From: Podospora anserina
Taxonomy: Eukaryota
DNA length: 64,000 nt
Reading direction: 5' to 3'
NCBI GenBank assembly: GCA_017654855.1
Contig: CM030332.1
Span: 4,960,001 to 5,024,000 of the forward strand
Each line of letters opens with the position of its first letter. The stretch's first letter is position 1. Positions 11,415-24,280 of this stretch are shown here, one piece after another. Made by a program: the position numbers and the translations under genes. The notes beneath the pieces were generated by a model. It saw nothing but the letters and a program-made list of their open reading frames with translations. It had not been told where the DNA came from and ran no database searches.

Positions 11415-13150
11415 GTTGGGTGAGAAGGCGTCGAGAGATGCCTGCCGTCTCTCGAGTGCGGGTGCGGGTGCGGGTGCGGGTGCAGGAGGCTATCGTGGGA
11501 TTACTTATGACGAAGTATCGAGTTTCCGTGTCCGAGGGGTCTGGCAAGTTCGGTTCGGTTCGTTTCGGGCGACGCGACAGCAAGACTTGATCCCCAGCGG
11601 TCCTGAACTGATCAATGCAACTTGCACAGTCAAGTCCAGTGAAGGACGCGTGTTTGTTTCCAGCTGCCGAATGTCATGGGCGCAATTTTACCTGAAGAGG
11701 CAGGCAGGATGGGGGTCGGGGGAGCTGACAGAGAGAGTGGGAAGGGGGTGCCTGTGCGCCTGGTAATCAACGTGTCCAACCATGCAGTCAGAGGGCGTCA
11801 AAAGTCACTCCGCTAAGAGATTGGGCCAAGGGGTACATAAATTTCCCAGCAACCCAACCGAACCGTCAACCGACGAGCCGGGACAGCCCCTGTCAGACGG
11901 ACGCGGCCAACAGCCTCGACAAGAGAACAAAGAAAGTCTACTGCGTATAAATAGCCTTGCTGAGTTTTACCCTGGAGTGCTTGTTGATGAACTGGAACTG
12001 AGATTGTATGATGGCGATCACGATAGCCGAATAATGATGATGTGGCTGATTGGGACGAGCCAATTTGGAGAATGCGCTCTTCTGTTCGTTTGTTATTAGC
12101 ACCCGGCTGTGGGATGCTCAGACGGAGATTTTGCGTTCTTAGAACCTCCGAAATGCCGCTTGCTGGAAGAATACCACAATGCCAACGACTGCGCCCCAAT
12201 TTGAACTCTCCTTCGGTGGAGATTCTGTTGTTGACGATATTGCAGCTATTCACTGTTGTTTGCAATCACCCGCCTGGTGCCATGTGTCCAATGCTGGGCC
12301 TCCAATGGCACTCCCCACGCCGACTCATGCCACAGCTGCATGACGGATGGTGCTCATCAGATGCCGCTAGCCACCCTGACAAGTACGACAAGTGACATCA
12401 GCGCCAGCCCAAGATGGTCTCGAATCTTGGGCGCGTGTGGCATCCCATCACGTGCTGTCCATCACTCATGTCTCGGTGCGACAGTCGCTCTGTTGAGCTT
12501 CGAGTTTCACTCTTGCTTGTCCTCGTCCTCTGTGAAAGTCCACAGATTTGGTGTCAGTCCTCAGCAGTGTAGAGTTGTAACCACCTGGGCAGGATGCAAA
12601 TAACAACAGCCTTTTCGCAATACTTGCTGATTCTACCTTATCCATTGAACTTGTCGGTGTCGGTGTCCCTCAGTGCGCCGAAGAACTTCCTTCTACGGCT
12701 TCTAGTCCCCGTAGTGGGGGTCTGTCCCGCACCGTTCAGCCTTACGGGCAACGGAGCCAAGCATGGATGGCCCCACATTGTCTCCGGATGTCGACCAACG
12801 GGATGTTGTCGCGAGGAATACGATGGACGTCTTCTCTGTGGTACATGAGGTGTAGTTAGGGTTGTTAAGGGCTCGCTGGCCATTCTGTGGACAAGCATCA
12901 TGTACCTCGAGGCTGTAGAAAAATACAGGGATGGAGGCATAATGTCGGTGTTGGATAGGATTTCCCTCCTTACGCGTCGTTTTTCTCTTGGGGACTTTGG
13001 ATCTACTTGGATTCACACCCCAGCATAGCACCGCCCGTTCGCGGTCGGAGGGGACGGATATAAATCAAGTTGACCTGACTGCCTCAGAGAAATCAACAAC
13101 CCAGACTGTATGCTCCCATCTCTCATCTCAGATTCTGCAGCGCATTCGCC

Positions 13151-15371
13151 ATGATATTCTCCCGAGGCTGGCTTCCGGGCCTCACTGCTTGCCTTCTATC
13201 ATGTTCCCCTTTATTGACTTCGGCCTCCAGCTCCCACAAACAACAGTGCAAGACCATCCCCGGCACGCCAGACTGGCCATCGCCAGCTTCTTGGAAGCGT
13301 CTCAATGAGTCACTCGCCGGACGACTGCTACAGCCTCCTCCTCCAGGAGCTGTCTGCCATCCCGGACAGCCGACCTACGACGCCGGAGAATGTCCCAACC
13401 TCCTTGCCGACTGGTCAAAACTCGACTACCACCATACCAACCCCGTCTCAACCTACTGGAACAACTGGAGCAATGATACCTGTCTTCCTTATCCGGGTTA
13501 TCCATGCAGCGGTCAGGGATATCCTCTCTTCGTTGTCAACGCGACCACGGCCCGGCATGTCCAACTAGGCGTTCGGTTTGCAAAGAAACACAACATTCGT
13601 CTCGTGGTCAAGAACACAGGTCATGATTTTATCGGCCGCTCCAGTGCCCCTAATTCGCTTTCGATTTGGGTTCATAGCCTGAAAGACTGGAAATACCATG
13701 GGGAAGGATTCCGTCCTAAGAGGTGCAAGACCACTCTCCCAGGGACATACCTGACAGCAGGCAGTGGCAGCCAAATGTGGGATATCTACACCCGCCTTGA
13801 CGAGATGAACCAAACCATTGTTGGCGGCGGTGGCAAAACAGTTGCCCTCGGTGGTTACCTCACCGGCGGTGGGCACTCCTTACTCTCTCCCTACTACGGC
13901 ATGGCAGCAGACCACGTTGTCGAAATCGAAGCCGTGACCCCATCAGGCGAAGTCATCACCGCCAACTCTTGCCAAAACCAAGACCTTTTCTGGGCCATCC
14001 TCGGCGTAAGCCCCCCTTTCCCCCCTTAACCCACCTCAGCTGACCCATTCCCCCCCTCCAGGGCGGCGGCTCAACCTTTGCAATCCCTACCCTCTTCACC
14101 CTCAAAACCCACCCCACCCCCAGCCTCTCCCACCTCAACATCCTCATCATCACCCCCCTCCCCAACACCTCTTCCATCATCTTCCCCCTCCAAGCCTATA
14201 TAACCTCACAATTCCCCTCTTTATCCACCTCCGGCCTCTCAGGCTACGCCTTCCTCCTCCCCCCCTCCACCCCCTTCCCTCTCTTCCCCAACATCACCAA
14301 CGGCATAGGCGGATTCTTCATGTCCTGCGTCGTCCTCCAATCCTCCCCCTCCTCCTTCCCGCAAGACATCCTCTCCCTCTGGGACCCCGTCCTATCCCAC
14401 ATCAACACCACCTTCCCCCTCTCCGCCAACAACTTCACCACCCTCACAATCCCCACCTCCTATCCTTCCTTCCTCGCCTACTTCGCCGCCCACCACGACA
14501 CAACCCCCGCCGGCACAAACATCCTCCCCGGCGGCCGCCTCCTCGACGCGCCCGCCCTAACGCGCAACCTAACCGCCCTCTCGGAAACATACTCCTCCCT
14601 CTCCCGAGGCCCCCAGCCGGCGAGCAGCATCATCGCCGCACATTTGGTCTCCGGACCAGGCGTGCACACCCACCCGAACCGGTTCAAAACCAGCCTTCTC
14701 CCCTCCTGGAGGACGAGCTATCTCCACGTTGGTGCGTTTTCCTTCCATCTCAGCAATCATCGGTGGCATTGCGCTGACAGGGGTAGTCTTCGGCGAGTTC
14801 TTCCCCCCCCTCAACGAAACCGCAAAATCCGAGGCCTACGCACGAGTGCTGGGAAAAGACGAAATCATCAAACAGCTCGCCCCGGATACGGGCGCGTACA
14901 TGAACGAGGTTCGTCATCATACTCTTCTTCTACATATTCGACTCCCCCACCCAACCATTAGATCAGCTTTTACTTTCGGAGTGAGGGGGTGGTGCGTTAA
15001 AAAAAAATTAAAAAAAGAATAAAGAAAAAAAAAAGGTCACTTGTTGCCGAGCGAAAAAAACATACTTCAGGGGGCTTTTTCTTGGCATTCAGGGGTAATC
15101 AACACAACCAAAACACACTGACACCATCAAAAAAAAAACAGGCAAGCCCAATCGAAGAAAAAGGCTGGCAGCAAAGACTCTGGGGAGAAAACTACGACCG
15201 ACTGTAAGGATTTTTTTAATAACCCCTCCCCAAAATGCCCACAAATACTGACACAACATACCTAGCAAACGCATCAAGCGCACCGTCGACCCCACCGACG
15301 TCTTCTGGTGCACCCCCTGCGTAGGCAACGAGCACTGGAAACAAGTTGGAGACCGTCTCTGCCGCGTTTAA
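13151..15371 (+). CDS. Secreted FAD-binding oxidoreductase (berberine-bridge-enzyme / isoamyl alcohol oxidase-like); introns at about 14006-14061, 14732-14786, 14909-15141 and 15204-15265
   Basis: Signal peptide, CKTIPGTPDWPS, the FAD-attachment motif VKNTGHDFIGRSS, GGYLTGGGHS, and DLFWAILG|GGGSTF. The spliced C-terminal BBE motif reads GAYMNE|ASP...LWGENYDRL|KRIKRTVDP..VFWC. Confidence 0.9.
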
Positions 15372-15697
15372 CGATAGTCACATACCTACATCTCATGTCT
15401 CAAGACGCGTGAAGTGCTCTTGGTAATGGTTATGATACAATTCCAACCGTATAATCTCTCTATCAGCCTACTGTGTTGTGGTAATAATCCCCCTTCACCA
15501 ATAGAAAAAATCTCAACTCTACCTACACAGCCAGTTTCATTGTATCACTAGACGCGCTGTTTCCTCCCGTAATATACTCGACCAAAAATGCCGTGGTCTC
15601 AGTCATTGATCCGTCCCTGTCCCACTCCCGCCGACAGCCTTCAGAAGCTGCTAAACAATACGTGATTAACCCTCTCCAATCGTTCATGCTTCCCTCT

Positions 15698-18600
15698 TCA
15701 TATAAATGCCCGAGTCCCGGCACTACTTGGCGTCCCTTCTCTCAACTTCCCACTGGGGCGGTGACTAAGCCCTCGTCCATTATACCCCGACACAGGCCCA
15801 AACTGCTTCTGTACTGCTGCTGTCAAGCCCGGGCTCGAACTAATCGATGGCGCAGTCGTTGACCTTCCCGTGCCGGGCCGTGAAATCTTCAACGGAGAAG
15901 GCCGCAATGCACTCCGAGCAGGGATGGGGGGTGGCCCACCGGGGCTGTCATTTTCCTGAAGCGTCTTACCCATGGCTGACGGTGGTGTAGTTCGCTTGAC
16001 AGACCTCTGAGTAGGAAACAGTTTCAAAATGTTTGGCTCTACAGGCGCAAGTGGCGTCGTAGGAAGCGTTGGCTTTCGCGTAGGAAGCTCAAAATAGTCG
16101 GCGTCGTCATCATTGTAAAGTTGGGCGGCCTCCCGAATATGCCCCCGAGAAAAGTTCTTGGGCATGGTTGGCAAGGCAAACTCAACCTCTGCAGGCTTGA
16201 TAGGGATGGGCGACGATTCGAGTTTGGCTATGTTGGCTGATAACCACGTCTTCCAGTCCACCGAGCTGACCGATGAGCTCTCTCGATAGCCGGCGGGTTG
16301 GTACGTGACTGGGGGCTGTGGTAGATGACCACCCACAACCTTTGAATCTTGATCGCTTGTGCTGCCACCCAATGTCGCATAGGCCGGGACTGTTTCCGCC
16401 TCGTCTGTTGAGTATATGCTCTCCGTATAATCCTCATCCTTCTCGGAACCCGAGTCGGTTCCCGATCGTCGGCCCTTCCCCTGTGGAGCACGTATCTGCG
16501 TGCAGTCGTCTGACTCCAGACTGTTAGAGATGTGGACAGGAACTGGTCGATTCCAAACCCTCTGATCTTCCTGCATCGTCCGCTGAAGAGCTTGGCGGTA
16601 AGGACTGCCTGTTCTGAATAAATGAGAGTTGGGGCTTCCCAAAGGCCCCAAATCTCCCTTGGAACCACTTCTCTCTGCTGTCGAGTCCTCATGATATGTT
16701 GTCGGTGCAAACAATGGCAATCCGTCTTTTCCCGATGGCTCAGGAATTCCCGTCACAGACCCATCGCTGTCTGTGGAACCAAGGATTGATCTCCCAACGT
16801 GGAAGGCGGCGCAGATTCCCATGGCTTCTCTCCTAGCTTTGTCGGCATACCCACGGTGAGAGCCGGCGATTCCTTGGATACCAAGCCTCTGTCTGTCGCC
16901 AGGATTGGTTTTCCGTGAGACACGGGTGGGAGTGTCAGGTAAATCATCCGGGGTGTTTGTGCTCTCCTTGTTTCCCCCAAGCTGTGATACTACTGGTGTT
17001 GACTCTGGATCCATGACGGGAATAACTGGTGCAGTCTCCCGAAAATCCCAAGCTGCCCTAGGTTGCTGTTCGACTGCTTGTGTGACTTGCTCATTGAGAG
17101 TTTTCATTCGTTTCACCAAAGCTGAGTAGACGCGTTGGCTGTCGACAGTCACTGTGTCAGGTATGGCACTGATAGTGCTGCCGTTTGTCGGCTGTTCGAA
17201 TAGGCGAGCATCCAACGCCTTTCTTCTGACAGAAGAGGAAGGGGCGTGCATGCCATTCTCCTTGATAACGGAAAGGCGCTGCCTCTCCCACTCCCTCCAC
17301 TGCTGCTGTTGTTGACTTGTCAGTGTACTGGGGCCAGAGTGTACCCAGCTTGTCAAAGCAGACTCTTCCGAGACCTGGCGGTCTCTCTGACTTTCGCTCC
17401 TGAGACTTTCCAGGCTGCCCTTGTTGGAGTGATGAAGATTTGGCGGTACATTTTGGAGGGAAGGAATTTTGGACGGGACGTTGTGAATCGGTCTCCAGTC
17501 ATAGTCGTTCTGGACATCATCTTCAGTGTTCAACATATGGGTTATAGCGTTTCCGAAGCTCTCAATCACGTGTGTCTTTTGGGCTTCGATGTGCTGGCTC
17601 GGAATAGACGGCGGTTCTTCCTCGGACCTGGATAGACTGAAGAAACTCTTGAGCTTGGTCCTGAAAGATTTGGAAACCTTCCTAGCTTTGTGTTTGAGGC
17701 CGTCTGGCTTCTCGACCAGAGCAGGCGGCGCCTTCTCTGGTGGCGGTGACTCTGAGCTGTTGCTGCTGCTGCGAAGCGACTTGCGCATCCCTGATCCGCC
17801 CCTTCGACTCCTTGACCCAAACAGTACTGCCGACTTGGGACCGGGAGGGTTATTGTTGCCATGCTCAGCTGCCTCAGACAACTCATCCTCTACATCAGAA
17901 GCTTCCATCACACATGCAACCCTTGTGCTGTTATCACGACGGCTGCTAGACCCGGACCGAAGAAGGTGCCGATTTCGAAGAAAGCTCATTGACTTTGGGG
18001 CTCGCAGCTGTGGAACGGACATTTCTACCTTTGGTTGCTTCGGCTCGGAGTGAAAGAGTCGGCGGGTTTGTGACCCGGGCAACGGCAGCGAGTTGAGAGA
18101 CTTCCCATTCATGACTGGTGTGGGAGTGTCTTGATCCCGTCTGATACTTTGAGTCTCGGAGCTAAACATCGATCTAGACCTGCGAAGACGGCGGTATGAT
18201 GATGGAGCCGAGGCTTTGTCGTCTTCAGGGGTATAGCTTTCCTCCTCGGCTGCCATGACGTTCAGGTAGTCGGCCGCCATCACGGTCACGGGAACTGGAG
18301 GTGGTGCCCTGCGTGGTTGGTGAGATGACTGGCTCGGCAGTTGAATGTCGTTTCCGAGAATGTAGCTTTGGACGCTGTGGCCGCCACAATCATCGTGCAT
18401 AGCAATGAAGTCTGACTTGTGGTCTCTCAAGGTGGTTCCCGCCTCGGCCCCGAGTGCGCCTGCCGATTTCTTCCCTTGCACAGAACATGGGCCCACGAAA
18501 CGCACACTCTGCTGACGGCGAAGGCCTTGTTCGCCCTCACGGTTGAGTGGAAAGGAGCCAATGTCATCCCGGCCCTGGCTGTTGCGTTTGGATCCCTGGC

Positions 18601-18811
18601 GGGTGGGTAGTGATTCGGGGGTCGGGGGAAAGAGGGACATCTCTGCGTTCGCTCGGTTTTGTGCCCGGGTGTAGGCTTGACAGGCAGCGATCTGGGCGTC
18701 CCGCTGGGCCAATGCAGGATCAATGTGTTCTAGCTGGACCCCACGTGTCGAAGAGGTAGACTTGCGGCGTTTGAGATCCGAGCTGGACTTGAGGCTGCGT
18801 CGACGCAGCAT
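15698..18811 (-). CDS. Hypothetical 1037-aa Ser/Pro/Arg-rich, probably disordered fungal protein
   Basis: Long uninterrupted ATG-initiated ORF with short conserved-looking islands (LRRQQSVRFVGP, LRAPKSMSFL, VDSQRVYSALVKRM, SSVDWKTWLS). No family recognised. Confidence 0.8.
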   Translation of the reverse strand: MLRRRSLKSSSDLKRRKSTSSTRGVQLEHIDPALAQRDAQIAACQAYTRAQNRANAEMSLFPPTPESLPTRQGSKRNSQGRDDIGSFPLNREGEQGLRRQQSVRFVGPCSVQGKKSAGALGAEAGTTLRDHKSDFIAMHDDCGGHSVQSYILGNDIQLPSQSSHQPRRAPPPVPVTVMAADYLNVMAAEEESYTPEDDKASAPSSYRRLRRSRSMFSSETQSIRRDQDTPTPVMNGKSLNSLPLPGSQTRRLFHSEPKQPKVEMSVPQLRAPKSMSFLRNRHLLRSGSSSRRDNSTRVACVMEASDVEDELSEAAEHGNNNPPGPKSAVLFGSRSRRGGSGMRKSLRSSSNSSESPPPEKAPPALVEKPDGLKHKARKVSKSFRTKLKSFFSLSRSEEEPPSIPSQHIEAQKTHVIESFGNAITHMLNTEDDVQNDYDWRPIHNVPSKIPSLQNVPPNLHHSNKGSLESLRSESQRDRQVSEESALTSWVHSGPSTLTSQQQQQWREWERQRLSVIKENGMHAPSSSVRRKALDARLFEQPTNGSTISAIPDTVTVDSQRVYSALVKRMKTLNEQVTQAVEQQPRAAWDFRETAPVIPVMDPESTPVVSQLGGNKESTNTPDDLPDTPTRVSRKTNPGDRQRLGIQGIAGSHRGYADKARREAMGICAAFHVGRSILGSTDSDGSVTGIPEPSGKDGLPLFAPTTYHEDSTAERSGSKGDLGPLGSPNSHLFRTGSPYRQALQRTMQEDQRVWNRPVPVHISNSLESDDCTQIRAPQGKGRRSGTDSGSEKDEDYTESIYSTDEAETVPAYATLGGSTSDQDSKVVGGHLPQPPVTYQPAGYRESSSVSSVDWKTWLSANIAKLESSPIPIKPAEVEFALPTMPKNFSRGHIREAAQLYNDDDADYFELPTRKPTLPTTPLAPVEPNILKLFPTQRSVKRTTPPSAMGKTLQENDSPGGPPPIPARSALRPSPLKISRPGTGRSTTAPSISSSPGLTAAVQKQFGPVSGYNGRGLSHRPSGKLREGTPSSAGTRAFI

Positions 18812-19594
18812 CGGAGATGCTGGTGACCTGCCGTCCCGTTAAGGCGAGGAAGAGAGTGAAGATGGAAGAAGAATGGTTGAACAAGACTAAAACTGTGCAA
18901 TGAATCCTATATCTGTCTGGCGGAAGATGAGATACTTGAGCGACTGTGGCTTCATACGAACAAGCTGTAGATGGGCAACAAGTCTTCGTACGAGGTTGCG
19001 TTGTGCTATGGTGGGAGAAAGGGAACAGACGAGACAGCAGGGCAGCCGACAACCACAGAAACAACGATGTCGTCGACGGGCACCTGCAGTCGGAACTCAT
19101 TCCTGAGAATGGTACTTTCCTGTTCGGCTGTTTCCTTCATGGCCGGGAAGGTGCACCATGAGAACAGGGACCTATGTACCTGCCTCAAGGTTGGTGTCAG
19201 CGAATCCCACATCTCTCCAAGGGAAGGCGGGAACAGAGACAAATAAGAAATAGGAAGGAAAGTGTCACCAAGAAGGGGCAGATGCAGATGATACGAAACA
19301 CCATAATTATCTGAATAAAAGCTCAAGAATTGCAATCTCATAACGGGTGAGCATGATTACTACTCCTCAGATGCGAATCATCCCGACTTATCAATGCGGT
19401 CCTATGTGTCGTGTACAGTACATGATAAACTCCCGACGGCCGCAAAATGCTTGCCCATACCCTATACCAGAAAACCATCCCCCATCCCATGAACCATTGC
19501 AACCCAAAAAACAGAAACAAATAAATGATACGGAAACAGCTGTTCGCTACGACGCTGGCAGCAGATAAACAGACAAGATCGCCCTCGTCAATAC

Positions 19595-21250
19595 TTAAGC
19601 GAGCTCCTCAAGGAACTCCTTGAGCTCCTCATCCACCATCTCGTGGATCTTCTTGGAGAACTTGCGGGCCTTCTCGGAGAGGGAAGAGACACCCTTCACG
19701 ACCTGGCCCGAGATGACATCGTACTCGTTCTCGATAAGCTCCTCAAGCTTGGAGACATCAAAGTCAGCCTTGGTGCCCTCGGTCTTCTTGACCTTGTAGC
19801 CGCCAGCCTCGACGATGGCAGTGTAGTTGTTGCAGCCGGCACCGTTCCAGGCGAGGAGGTTGGGGGTGCCCTTGGGCATGTCGGTGAGGGCATCCTCAGT
19901 GGCGATCTTGAGAAGGTTGTCCTTGAGCTTCTCGGGGGTGATGGGAGCAAGAGAGTACTCAGAGTCGGTGGCGGGCTGGAGAGAAAGGTAGTAGGCCAAG
20001 AGACCAGCGATATGGGGAGAGGCCATGGAAGTGCCGGAGATGGTGTTGGTGGCGTACTTGCTGCCGATCCAGGTGGAAAGAATGCTGAGACCGGGGGCGA
20101 AGATATCAGTGCACTTGCCGTAGTTGGAGAAGTAGGCACGGCTGTCATCAATGCCAGAGGCACCGACCGTGACGGCCTTGGCAGCAGCAGCTGGCGAGTA
20201 GTTGCAGGCATCAGCGTTGTCGTTGCCGGCGGCGACGGCGAAGTGAATGCCGACAGAGACGGCGGCGTTCACAGTGTCATCGAGAGTCTTGGTCTTGCCA
20301 CCACCAAGAGACATGTTGGCGACGGAGCCCTTGAAGCCCTTGCGCTTGCCATCCTTGGCCTCCTTGACGGCCTGGATGTGAGACTTGGCAGCCCACTCCA
20401 CACCGGCGACGACATCAGACATGGTGCCGGAGCCGTTAGAGCGAAGGACCTTGACGGCATAGACGTTGGCCTTCTTGGCGACACCATACTTCTTGCCGGC
20501 GATGGTGCCGGAGCAGTGGGTGCCGTGGCCATTGCCATCGACATCGGCATCACCAGAGGGGATGGTCTTGCCCCACTTGGCACGGCCATCGAAATCGACG
20601 TGGTCGACGTTGGTGCCAGTGTCAATAACGTAGGCATCAACACCCTCACCACCCTCAGCGGCGTACAAGTACTTGTTGAAGGTGGAGAAGCCCAGAGTAT
20701 CACGGTGAGAGATACGAGCCAGACCCCAAGGGGCGGCCTTCTCAATCTCGCTGTCGCACTTGGCATCCTCAATCACACGCATGGTGTGGACAATGCTGTC
20801 ACGCTCGATGTACTCGACCTGTTTGCGAATCTGTTAGTGATTGTCGAGAGGAAATTGGAGCATGGGGGGAAAGCTTACATCAGGGTGCCTCCGGACCTTC
20901 TCGATGGTCTCCTCATCGAAGTGGCCAGCATAACCAAGGAACTCGGAGCCGACCTTGTAGGTGTGCTTCAGGCCGTGGAAGACATCGTCAACCAGAGGGA
21001 ACTGACCACGCTTCTTGAGGTCTATCCGCTCGTTCTCACGAGTGGTGTGGAGCTCCTGGATCCAAGTGTGGTGATCCGACACCTTCTCCTCAGTTACGTG
21101 CTTCTTGAACTTGACAATGTAGGCATTTGGGATGACCTCGGCGTTGGCAGAGGAAAGAATGGGCGCAGCCTCGCCATGGATGGTTTCAATCGAAGCACTT
21201 GGCGCCGCGGCAGCGGCGGCCGCGAGCGAGAGAATGGCGTAGCCCTTCAT
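19595..21250 (-). CDS. PRB1: Vacuolar subtilisin-like serine protease (proteinase B/PepC type; called pspA/idi-6 in Podospora anserina); intron at 20819-20878
   Basis: Signal peptide MKGYAILSLAAAAAA, I9 propeptide, catalytic motifs YVIDTG, GHGTHCSG and SGTSMASPH, and strong codon bias. Confidence 0.95.
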
Positions 21251-24200
21251 GATTGCGGGCAATTGTGGGGGTGACAAAGTCGATGAACCTGCGACTTGAA
21301 AAGATGGGGGAAAAGGAAGAAGACCCAGCTACGATGTCTTCGTCGATGGGCTGGGTGACTGTTGCGACGGTGATGGGAGATGGATGATGGAGGAGTGAGA
21401 GAGAGGAAGAGGGAGCGAGCTCGGCATGGAATGGATGGGGAGGCTGGGTCCTGATAAAGACGTGGGCGGCGGCTGCGTAAGACCAACGCCTGCGGTTGCC
21501 TCAGGGAAGCCCCTAGCTCGTTAGTGCTCAGGCGGAGCGGTGCAGCAGGACCCGAGAGCCGGGGGGGTTGACTCTCCACCCTGAACCGAAAATGGCTTAG
21601 CAAAAGGTGGAGCAGCCAATGGGATGACCGTTGCCCTCCCCCACAGGGGCGAAATGCAGCTGTTGAGTGGCCTTGCGTGCGATAAGCGTGCCATCTGCCG
21701 TTGTTTGCCAGGCTTATCAGTTGCGTCTTCACCTCTGAGAATGACCACAAGGACAGCCATGGGAGTATCAAGGACAGCATAAAACACATCATCTTTGCCA
21801 CGTTTTAATCCGATTGTCCTCTCTTGTCTACGTGCTCTACATGGCGGCTAGTTAACTCAACGGGCTTCCAGCGCCTGTTGAAAACCAACAATGCCCGCCC
21901 GTGGTCCAGCTGCTGCTGTTCCCTCTGTGCCGGATGAACAGCTTCCTTCTGGGCTTACCGCCTTGCAGCCCTGGTTCGAGGACCCCTGGCCCGACTGTCA
22001 CTTGATTCGCGGAAGCTCTCTTGGAGCTCCAAGCTGTTCGACATCAAGGCACAGCGCATCAACACGACACTGCTCCTGCTTCCGATGCTGCTGTGGTCCT
22101 CAACCGCTGTCCTTATCCAACCAGCCTGGGCGAGGCTCACCGCGACGAGATCTGGGGTCGGCCACAGCGAAGCGGATTGACTGCCTTGTCAGATCCCCTG
22201 TCAGGAACGTCACGCTTGGAGCTCTCCGACGATGCCAAGGTGCCAGCCAGCGCGGGGATCTCCACCCAAACTGGAACTGGTCATGAGTCCCCAGCACGTG
22301 CCGGGTCTTGTATCGTTTGGGGACGTCTGACTCGACCGGTCCCGACCACCTCACGCTTCCCTTCCTGTTCCTGGGGTTGCCTTCGCTGTTGAGATAACAT
22401 GGAATAATGAGAAATGCATCCCCTGTTTTAGTCCGGATTGATTGCAGTGGTGCACCACCGAGGTTTGAGCCAATATCGGTGACCTATAGGTAGCAGCTTA
22501 CGCCGTGACTTGCAACCTTGATAGACAACCAGTTCACCGATTACATCATACCTTGCTCAACTGAGCAAACCAGCGCATTCGTCTCACAGCTGGTATGTTG
22601 GCTGGCACATCGAACAAACCGCTTGCAAAACTTGGATAAAAGGCAGCAGTTTGTAATGAAGCCGTCATTAGATAGTATTCTCATGGTTCACCTCACAGGC
22701 AACACTTCGCAACACGCAGCCTGTCCCTTGGTGAACCTCCGACGCGGGTCGCTGTGGAGACCACTTTGACCGTGGTTTATCGCCTTATCTAGCCACCTTA
22801 TCCACACAGCTGACGGGCGTGACTCCAACTGCAACCCCTCAATCCCCTCACGGAGACTCTTGCCTCCCTCGTGGTGGATCAACACCATGTGTACACTCCA
22901 ACCCTGGTATTTTTGTTAGCGCGGGACTTCATGATATTTCCCACCCCCAGAACCTCATCCACAACCAATTTTTACGGTGAAAAAAGGGCATCGTAAGATT
23001 CTTCTTACTTTTTAGATTATCATCGTCCAAGTGAGTGTATTATTTTGGCGTTCTGAGGGCGGATGTTGTAGATATTTGAAAATCTGATCTTGACCCCTGT
23101 GACTGACCACTATGTGTCTATTGTCAAGGGAACTTTGCTGAACATAGAGGGGGCTAAGCAATTCCGGGTTGTAACTGTGTTTTCTGGCATCCTGACGACG
23201 CTTCGGGCAATATCCAGCAACATGTTCCAGACTCCGTGACTCCCTTCTCCAATTCTGAAACCCCAATCCAATCGTTGGCCGTCGGAACCAGAACACAGCA
23301 GAGGCTTGTGATTCTGCGATTTCCACGACATCTTGCATTGCATGTAATATTATTGCCCCGTAGACAGAGTGTGAGTGAGGCGGCATACCAAACGGATACT
23401 GAGATAGACTCTACATTCAAGGTGATACGGTATCTATGGGGGACTTTTAAAGGTTGTAGGCATGGATTTCGGATGCTCCGGGGAAGCACTTCAGCGAGTC
23501 CATGATTGGATATCTTGGGTGACAGCTACCATATACCGAGGCCCCGTGCCGCAGCATTTGAAAGATTGACATCAACTAGGAGCAGTTTATAGACTGTGAA
23601 AGGAAAAATCATACCATTCTCCAGGGCTGAGAAACCCAGAAGTCTCTTTTTTGTGCTCTTTCAGAACATGTCTCCAAGGCAGACCAAACAGCCACTTCAG
23701 TTACACCCGTCTCAGCCCCACTCACAAGTCCCACTGTTTCAGTGGTGCACCGCCACAGGACCCCTCCAAATGGATCCTTCAGGTGAATTGGATTCGGCCT
23801 TCACCAGCGCTGATGTGGCCCTGCAAGGCAGCTCCAGAACAGTGGACAAGCTCGAGGCTGAAGGCTGACGGGAGCTTCTTTTTGGCCTTCTAGATAGGAG
23901 CAGAAGCCTCCACGACCCAACCACCAGCTCACCGGCACTCACTTGGCTCCTTTCCATGAGGGAAGCTCTTTGCTTTGTATTTTGATCTCATTCTTTTGGC
24001 ATCTTACCAATTATATCGCCTAGCCGTCGACCTTGGCCTTGGCCGCGAGAAACATCGGATTCGGTACTCGTATGCGGCGGAGGTACCGCTGACGATGCTG
24101 GCGTAAGCTCTGTGGTGAATATTAGCACCAACGGAAAGCATGCACATGACAGCTCTCTAAGGTTTTACGACGGCGGATTAATACACAAAACTGCGAAACC

Positions 24201-24280
24201 TCGATGGGATATTCGAGCGCAGACAGACTTTCATAAAGAAGAAAAGCGATTGGGCTATTCCCCCACCAGTGGTCCCCAAT

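Noticed and set aside
12855..12863. GTTAGGGTT as a possible telomerase template or telomeric seed
   Set aside because: A 9-mer from this repeat family is expected by chance in 64 kb, and I saw no supporting structure.
19643..21274. 543-aa plus-strand ORF
   Set aside because: Antisense shadow of the highly codon-biased protease gene, kept open by an in-frame 60-nt intron.
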